Of a DNA stretch of 64,000 bases, positions 56,801 to 64,000 are shown one piece after another. The notes beneath the pieces were generated by a model, which searched no databases, was not told the origin of the DNA, and saw nothing but the letters and a program-made list of their open reading frames with translations. Source of the DNA: Paragordius varius (lineage: Eukaryota; Animalia; Nematomorpha); the NCBI GenBank assembly GCA_964247055.1, contig OZ176051.1, forward strand, positions 5,828,001 to 5,892,000. Direction: 5' to 3'. The position numbers were made by a program, and so were the translations under genes. The stretch's first letter is position 1; the number at the start of each line of letters is the position of its first letter.

Positions 56801-57120
56801 CAGGGTTGTCCAACATCCGGCCCTCCAGATTATTTTGTTCCCTCGAAAAGTTTGTCCCCAATAAATACGAAATTAAATAAAAATATTTTTTTAAAATTTT
56901 GATAAAATCGATATTTTTCTATAAAATAAATAACTCTTTTCAAATTTCGCTAAATTGATGAAATATATAGTATATATACTATATTTTGAATTCTTTTCAC
57001 AGTTTTAAGTTTAAAATTTAATAAAATATTTATTAATGTCAATGATTTTGTAAATGCGGCCCACCGGTATTTTGGGATGAAATGCCGCCAGTAAAGCCAT
57101 TACGGTTGGGAACATTTCTA
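56801..57120. mobile_element. Degenerate hAT-type MITE
   Basis: CAGGGTTGTCCAACATCCGGCCC left end, GCGGCCC subterminal motif and GTTGGGAACA right end; TSD not recognisable. Confidence 0.45.
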
Positions 57121-57160
57121 GGCAATGACTACCTTATATTTTAATTAATATATCACATAG

Positions 57161-57193
<33 letters not shown>

Positions 57194-57425
57194 AATATAC
57201 CATTAACCCTGAACCGAAATCAAATGAGCATTGACACTATATTCGAAAGCAATATCAAAATCAATTTTTTTCCAAATTTTCACATAATTACATTTTTTAA
57301 TGAATCCATTGTAACCAAACTCCAAGAAATATTGAAAAATCGACAAAGTTTTGTAGTAAAGGCCAGTTCTTCCAACGTAATTTATTAATATTTATGCATA
57401 TCATATAACCAACTTTTTAATGATA

Positions 57426-57701
57426 TACCATTTACAATTCTAATTCACCCTAAAATATATTATGTTTTTTAAGATTAATTATCTAAATTTTTTATAATTT
57501 TAAAAAATAAAATTTTGTTCAAATTTAAAATAATATTGAAAAAATAATAAACTAAGCCTTAAGGATATATTTCATATAAATGATGAGTTATATTAGCCCG
57601 AATACACATAATTTTTAGGGTGATATGAATTTTTCGAGAGTGAATTATTGTTGGAGGGTCAATTTGAATTGTTTAAAGGGGAATTTGAATTGTAAATGGT
57701 A
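57426..57701. mobile_element. Family B2 MITE
   Basis: TACCATTTACAATTC / GAATTGTAAATGGTA ends. Confidence 0.7.
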
Positions 57702-59004
57702 TACGATTTTATAAATAATCTTCTCAGGTAAATTAATGGTGGGCTTTAAATATGAAAATTGGGTTTGCTTACGCTTTTATCATAAAGTGATAAGGAATAA
57801 CGGCCAATAATATAAGGTAAATGAGTCATTATTAATTTTTGTTTCTGAAAAAATCCTTAAAAAATGTGTGCAAGCACACTTGAAATCTTATTATATTGGC
57901 TTATTAATTTTTTCACTTTTTGCTATTATTAACCAATAATACTGCCCTTTGTTGTATTAACTATTTGGCAATAAGTAATAACTTTCTGGTAATGTATAGT
58001 TACTCATACTGTATTTTCAGATCTGCCAAGTCTGACGACCTTTTAAAATAAAATTTTGTCCATAGATGCGATAGTAATACAAATTCCTTTGTACTTATAC
58101 ATTTGGCTTTATTCAGTTTTTCTTATAGATATTTTGCTTTAAAAACTTTGTATTAAAATCACCCAAAAAAAAAGTAAGTCAGTAACAAATATAATGGGTC
58201 CAAATGTAAAGAATCCGGAACCGGGATTACGGGTCCAACCCGGTTCTACTTTTTTTCGAACTGGTTAGAAGCTGTAGTTTTTATTCATATATTGTATTAC
58301 AAATTCATTAACAATAATGTGAACGGGACAGAATAAAAACCATTTGTTATAATTTAATAGAATCCAAATGTTTTGGAGGTTTTCTCAAGAAGTTTGAATA
58401 GATGTGAATTGAAAAGACTTTCAATCAGGAATGGCGAAATCTCGGTTGAAATTATAAATGAACAGGAAGTAATATTAAATAAAATATGTGACTGTCCATT
58501 TTAATCTCAATTTTTTATTAAAGTGAGCGTTTTCACTAAGGTTTTTACGCGGGACGCATAAAAAAACAAATTAAATTTGCAACTTAAATGTCATAAGTTT
58601 AGGTTGGAAAAATATTTCTAAAAATTTATGTGAAAAGCAAGGGGTAATATATAAATTTGTGCAGGTCGCATCGAAAAATATAAATATTGTAATATAAAAT
58701 TTCCGTTACTTTGCCAATAAAACTTGTGCGGGACATAAAAAATCTCGGGGCCTTGAAAATTATTTCGCCGCCTGCATGCTGACGGTGTACGCAGTTTGAG
58801 ATCGCTGTATTTAGGTGGTCTGTATTTGGACAAAATAAAATTAAAGACTTTTTATGCACAATAAAGGTTTTTAATAGGTGGGATAAAAAAATAAGCTCTT
58901 TATATTTGATATACAAATAATGTGCTTTATACCTGAATACTAAACCTTTCTATGAAAATATTTTTTTAATGTTTTTATCGTGTGTAAATTTTATTTTATT
59001 ATAG

Positions 59005-59212
59005 TTTCGTGTTAAACAGCAAGATTCTAACATATATCTTTACGAAACAGACCAACCTACAGAGTTTCCCATGAATGTTTTAATTTCTATTAAATGTTTT
59101 AAACAAAGAAAACTAACAACTCCAGCACTGCTAAGTATTAATGAAGACAGTGAGATGACACTCATTAAAACATGGATTAGATGCCCACGAAGAAACATTT
59201 TACATTATCCAA
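59005..59212 (+). CDS. Exon of an unidentified gene (degenerate cadherin-like)
   Basis: Open phase 0/1 exon FRVKQQDSNIYLYETDQPTEFPMNVLISIKCFKQRKLTTPALLSINEDSEMTLIKTWIRCPRRNILHYP; many differences from its duplicate are synonymous in this frame. Confidence 0.65.
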
Positions 59213-60728
59213 GTTAAATTTAGATTACATGGGGTTCAAGGCTTTGTAATATGTTTTAATAAACATAATAATGTTTTTATCAATTTAATGATTTAAATAA
59301 ATGTTTGAATACATTAAATAATATTATCTTCCTAGTTTAAGCTTACAATTTATTCAATCGTTCAAAATTTTTGGGTTTATTTATTGCCATCGTTTGCAAT
59401 TCGCCTTTAAATATAGAGTATACACTTAATGAAACGGCACTTACCGTTCACGCTGAAATTTGTTGTGTTACTTAAAATAACCTAGGTTGTTAATAGTTCT
59501 GTTAACTTGTCTAATTTCAAATCATATATGTTACCTAACTCATTCAGACTTATTTTCTTCCAAGCGGTTGTATTCCGTCATGATCCAGAAAATAATAATG
59601 ATTAAAATTGATTTTTAAGTTTTGAAAAGAATTATATATTTTACCAATTTCGTTAAAAGAAAATCTGATATAAATGTAAACAATATTGATCGGCGCCACG
59701 CGGTAAAAACGAATGTTTTTTTATCGTTTTGTGATCCATGCTTTATATTTACCATAATTATATAAAAATTACGACAAGTATTTTCTTAATTTTTTACAGG
59801 GCTAGGATCATAACAGAGGCTAATTTAACAATATCCTAGAAATATTCAATGGAGGTTTGTATTTAAAACGAATTAAAAATTTTCTGAAAAAAATGCTTTA
59901 AACTGACTCTTTTTCGCACTGCTGTTAACACGAATAATATAAACTTAAAGCTAATTTTGGATAATCTGAGAATACTTTTATGAATAATTGGATAAAAACG
60001 GACCTAATGGTTATGATATGAAACAATTGCCTAAAAAGCGACTTATAGAAAATTAAATTGTATTAAGAAAATTTAAATATTTATATTTTATTTTATTTAA
60101 GTAAAACATTCTTCAACCAAGTAAATAGATATCGGGTATACCCCGTTAATTACTCTATAATAAAACTTGACCCCTAGAGTTCAATTTTGAAGTAAGCTTA
60201 TCTCCCCTTTAGCGTACAACATTATTTTTTAAAATAAAAAAATGTTTTTAAAATTATTTATCATATATATTGTTATATCCAGAGGTTATAGCAGCAGAGG
60301 TAAATTAATATCCTATAATCGTAGACCTATGTCAATTAACCAATGGCAACAATTATTCTTTATACACCATACTGAGCAACAAGTATTTCAGCCAATTATC
60401 ATATTTTTTTAGGATACTTTTGATATAAATAAATTGTGGACAGTCCGTTTGGATCTCAAAAAAATTTTAGTATATAAAGAGTTTTTTTCTTCAATATAGT
60501 TAAAAAGGATTCATATAAAATATGAAATTACTGTATGCATTTAAGAAATTCTACTATGCCAAATCATATTGTGTCTCAATTAAGAGTTACTTTATCACAG
60601 TAAAGATAAATTTTTTTGGCACAAATTAAATTATATTAAATCTTAGTTTTTTTAGTTTTCCAAAAGCTCTGCTGTGTTTGAGCGTGCTTTTGACTAAGAA
60701 AAGGTTTATAAATATGAATTTTTAATAG

Positions 60729-60885
60729 TACAGAACATCATTATTCTCAATCCATTATGGCAACTTACCAACACGGTTATTTAATGTGGATCCTTAAGCA
60801 AAAATTTAATGGACTTAAAAAGTATTTTTTTATTAAAGATGCCTACGCAGATGTCAAACGAGTCATTGAGACATCAACTACCAGG
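60729..60885 (+). CDS. Exon paralogous to 49585-49732
   Basis: Phase 2/0: TEHHYSQSIMATYQHGYLMWILKQKFNGLKKYFFIKDAYADVKRVIETSTTR. Confidence 0.55.
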
Positions 60886-61101
60886 GTAATTTAATATTTT
60901 ATTTCATTATTAATTTGGTTGTTGGACATGCAATATTATAGATTTGAAAAAGCAAAAGTTTCATTATATTATGCTAATATATATATATATACTTTACATA
61001 TTAAAAAAAATATGGATATACCAAGCCACTATTTATGATATTATTATTTAATGCATTTAAATATATGAATATAAAATACAATAGACATTAAATACAAATT
61101 T

Positions 61102-62259
61102 TAATGCATATGTATTAAATTTTTACCGGTCAACTCATGTAATTTTGAAAAGAAATTATTAATTCTATTAAAAATATTGTACATCGGCTTCTATACATTT
61201 CGCTTATCTCTCACTTAATCTATGAATGTCGGGCCAGATATATTAATTGACCTTTGCGGAACACCATTTTTTAGCCATTTTCTAACATCTTCCAAATTAT
61301 TGAAATGCTGCTTTGCGGGGGGTGCCTCATTGATGCGAAGTTGTATTAGTCAGATGGCGCCTGGTCAGGAGAGTTCAACGGTTGTGGAAAGATCCCCATC
61401 AAAGCGTTTTTAAGGCCACTGTATTTGCTGTGCGAGACGAAGTTTATATAGCAAAATCGTTTTGCCATGTTTCTGATTTATTTTGGCTGTTTTTCGATAG
61501 ATGCATGGTTATAATTAGGTATTTAGCTATGGTGTTGTGTATTAACGATTTCACCGGACTTCATAAGTTTTAATTCACAAGATACAAAAGATGGTTTTCT
61601 TGCCAAAGCGATTTGGCATTGTTGATGGAACGGTTAGGCAATGTGAAAATCACGATTTTTCCGCTTTGGGTTGACAAAATAAACAACTTCCACCAGTCAC
61701 AATTCAATGCAAAAGTGATTTCCTTTCGAGACGTTAAAGCAAAACACATAAGTGACTATTGATTTTTGATTGGTCGTTCATTCAAATTGTGTGGGACCCT
61801 TTTACCCAGTTACGTCAACTGGTTGCTTAATTAATAATTTAATGCTTCTACCAGCAGTGGAATTTGAGTTAAAACATAATACACTAACTCTTGAATTTTA
61901 GCGTTTTCGCAATTTTGTGGTCTATCAAAACGCTCACACTCTTTCACATTAAATCCCAATAAATATTTCGACAATATGTTACATGTGGTTTTTGATAGAG
62001 CTTGTTGACCATATTTTTCTGCTCGCAAACGATTTTTAACATCCTTTTTGTGTTGGTAATGCGTGCCGAAAATATTTCTTTTCCGGCAAAAAAATGACAT
62101 ACTAATTATAAAAATGCTAGTTTTTGTTGATCTCATCTTGTGTGTATTTGCTGATAATGTTAGATGATCGAAATAATGTATGTATCAAATTAATCGTCTG
62201 GGTTTTCTTTGACGTCTTCCCATAGTTTAACCGGTAATAACCTATGAGTACGGTAGGTA
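61102..62259 (-). mobile_element. Decayed mariner element
   Basis: TIR AACCGGTAATAACCTATGAGTACGGTAGGTA; remnants (KYGQQALSKTTC; minus-strand WVPH) with stops. Confidence 0.8.
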
Positions 62260-62699
62260 TTTCAGATGTATGTTTTATTCAAAAATCGGAATAAAATTTG
62301 AAAAATGTAAAATTTTTAAAGTAACCCAACGCATGTAAAAATAGGATTATCAGGTTTTAATATAAACAAGGATAAAATTAGGAGGTTAGTAACTATCCTA
62401 TTCTGTCTTCAGAGTAAAAATATAAATAATAAAATTTCTTTCATATATATGTTTCTTCAAATATTAAAAAAACAAATCTAAACTATTGGCACTGAAGCCT
62501 AAAAAATTGAAAATGATACACATACATTCTTAAAAAAAGAGAATTGAATCTGTCCTGATCTGTTAGAGTAATTACATTTGATAAACGTAAATGATAAAAA
62601 TGAATTCAGAATTGGAATATGAGAAACAGGGTTAAAGAGATAACTTTTTTCCAGAAATGTTTTGGGACACAACTGTCCCATTTAACCTAGGCGAGCTAT

Positions 62700-63560
62700 A
62701 ATTTCCAAATCTGACGATCCCCGACCACAGTTAAGAATTTATTTTTTGGAATGGAACATTGAGCTTTAACGGAAAAAATTATATTTATTATAATGTGCCC
62801 TTATTATTTGCGATTATCCTTTAGCAAGCTCCATGTTCAATCAGAATATATGATTCATCATAATATTTTTATATCCCTTGATTTTTTTATAAATGAGGGG
62901 TACTAACAAGCAAAAACATTGTTGATTTTTGCGTCTAATGATGGATTAAAATTTCTGCATAAAGCGTGATTTTACAGGGGTGATGTTTATCACATTGGCA
63001 GATTTTAAAAGAGAGCTTTTATGTTATCTGCGATTTACATGATCTTTGAGGCCATTGAATTAGATAAGGGTTACACGTCTCCTGATAAATTGCTTAATTA
63101 ACATTTTTTACTTGTCATCCCATTTTACAGGGGTTCAATAGTTTTTTAAAAGCTCAGCTATAATCTTTACCGTCATCATAGGATCGGTATAAAAATGTTT
63201 TAATATATTTGCGACAATTTTTGGAGTATAGGGGTCAATTAAATACTAAGGTTTGCACATTCGTAAATCAGTTTAATTTTACAAATTATAACGTTTGGGG
63301 GACTGAACTAAAAAATTTATATTCTTGATGTGTAGGGATGACCATTAACGCAAAAATATGGCGACTATGCTCAGCGCATTTATAAATTACTCATAATTAT
63401 AGTTATTTTTGATGAGATTATACTTGTTTAATATTTTTAAACCCAACATTTCATTTTATAAGTGTAAGGGCTACTCTAGATGTGGTTATGGTTCGGGTTT
63501 TTAACTGGTAAAAAATATACCGGATCATACCGCTTTTAAATTCAATCCCACAATTGGATA
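62700..63560 (+). mobile_element. Possible highly decayed MULE-type transposase remnant
   Basis: Fragments LTIPD and KTLLIFASNDGLKFL resemble the IP...RILIF.S..L..L segment preceding the MULE DDE domain; no ends found. Confidence 0.3.
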
Positions 63561-63818
63561 ATTGTAACTAAAAAGAATAAAAGTGATCGTTCTGGTTTTA
63601 CTAGTGTCACAATTAAAACAAGAAATAATGTAAAAATTAATAAAATAGTAAAAATCAAAATTTTATATTAAATTACTCCAATATCCCTATTTAAAAAATC
63701 CTTATCAAAATCCACAATGTCTAAATAGCACATTGGTTAGTAAATTAACACTTTCGGTTCGTAAAATTTTAACATAATTTAAGTAATATACGGCCGCGTT
63801 TTATAAAGTCGCAATATA

Positions 63819-64000
63819 TACCATATACAATTCAATTCCTTGAACGATTCAAATTCACCCTCAAACAATTCAAAATCACCCTTGAACAAAATTTACCCTA
63901 AAAATAAATTATGTGTTTTCGGGCTAATATAACTCATCATTAATAAGAAATATATTCTTATGGCATAGTTTATTATTTTTTTAGTATTATATTAATTTTA
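63819..64000. mobile_element. Family B2 MITE, truncated by the window edge
   Basis: TACCATATACAATTCAATTCCTTGAAC... with repeated TTCAA/CCCT units and the shared B2 internal motif. Confidence 0.65.

Overview
AT-rich, intron-containing eukaryotic genomic DNA, most likely from a reduced animal genome; taxon not determinable from this window. TAA/TAG are used as stops. There are no prokaryotic features, CRISPR arrays, rRNA or tRNA genes that I can support. Four conserved multi-exon genes can be assembled by hand: ECHDC3-like enoyl-CoA hydratase (15078-16641,+), NUP43-like WD40 nucleoporin (23061-26567,+), GALT (27026-29984,-) and anillin (31192-43297,+). Their introns are bimodal, either ultra-short (20-23 nt) or long and often TE-filled. 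Much of the rest is DNA-transposon material: one nearly intact Buster-type hAT plus a derived MITE, four decayed mariners, six piggyBac-like TTAA MITEs, foldback MITEs with 21-bp tandem repeats in their TIRs, a 1.4-kb element with 8-bp TSD, an RTE-like LINE scrap and several nested insertions. Unassigned coding material includes a pair of paralogous 8-Cys exons, an acidic Ser-Gly-rich exon, paralogous degenerate cadherin-like exons at 47-61 kb and a decayed duplicate of the anillin 3' end. Coordinates were counted by hand and may be off by a few bases; family assignments come from recalled motifs, not database searches.
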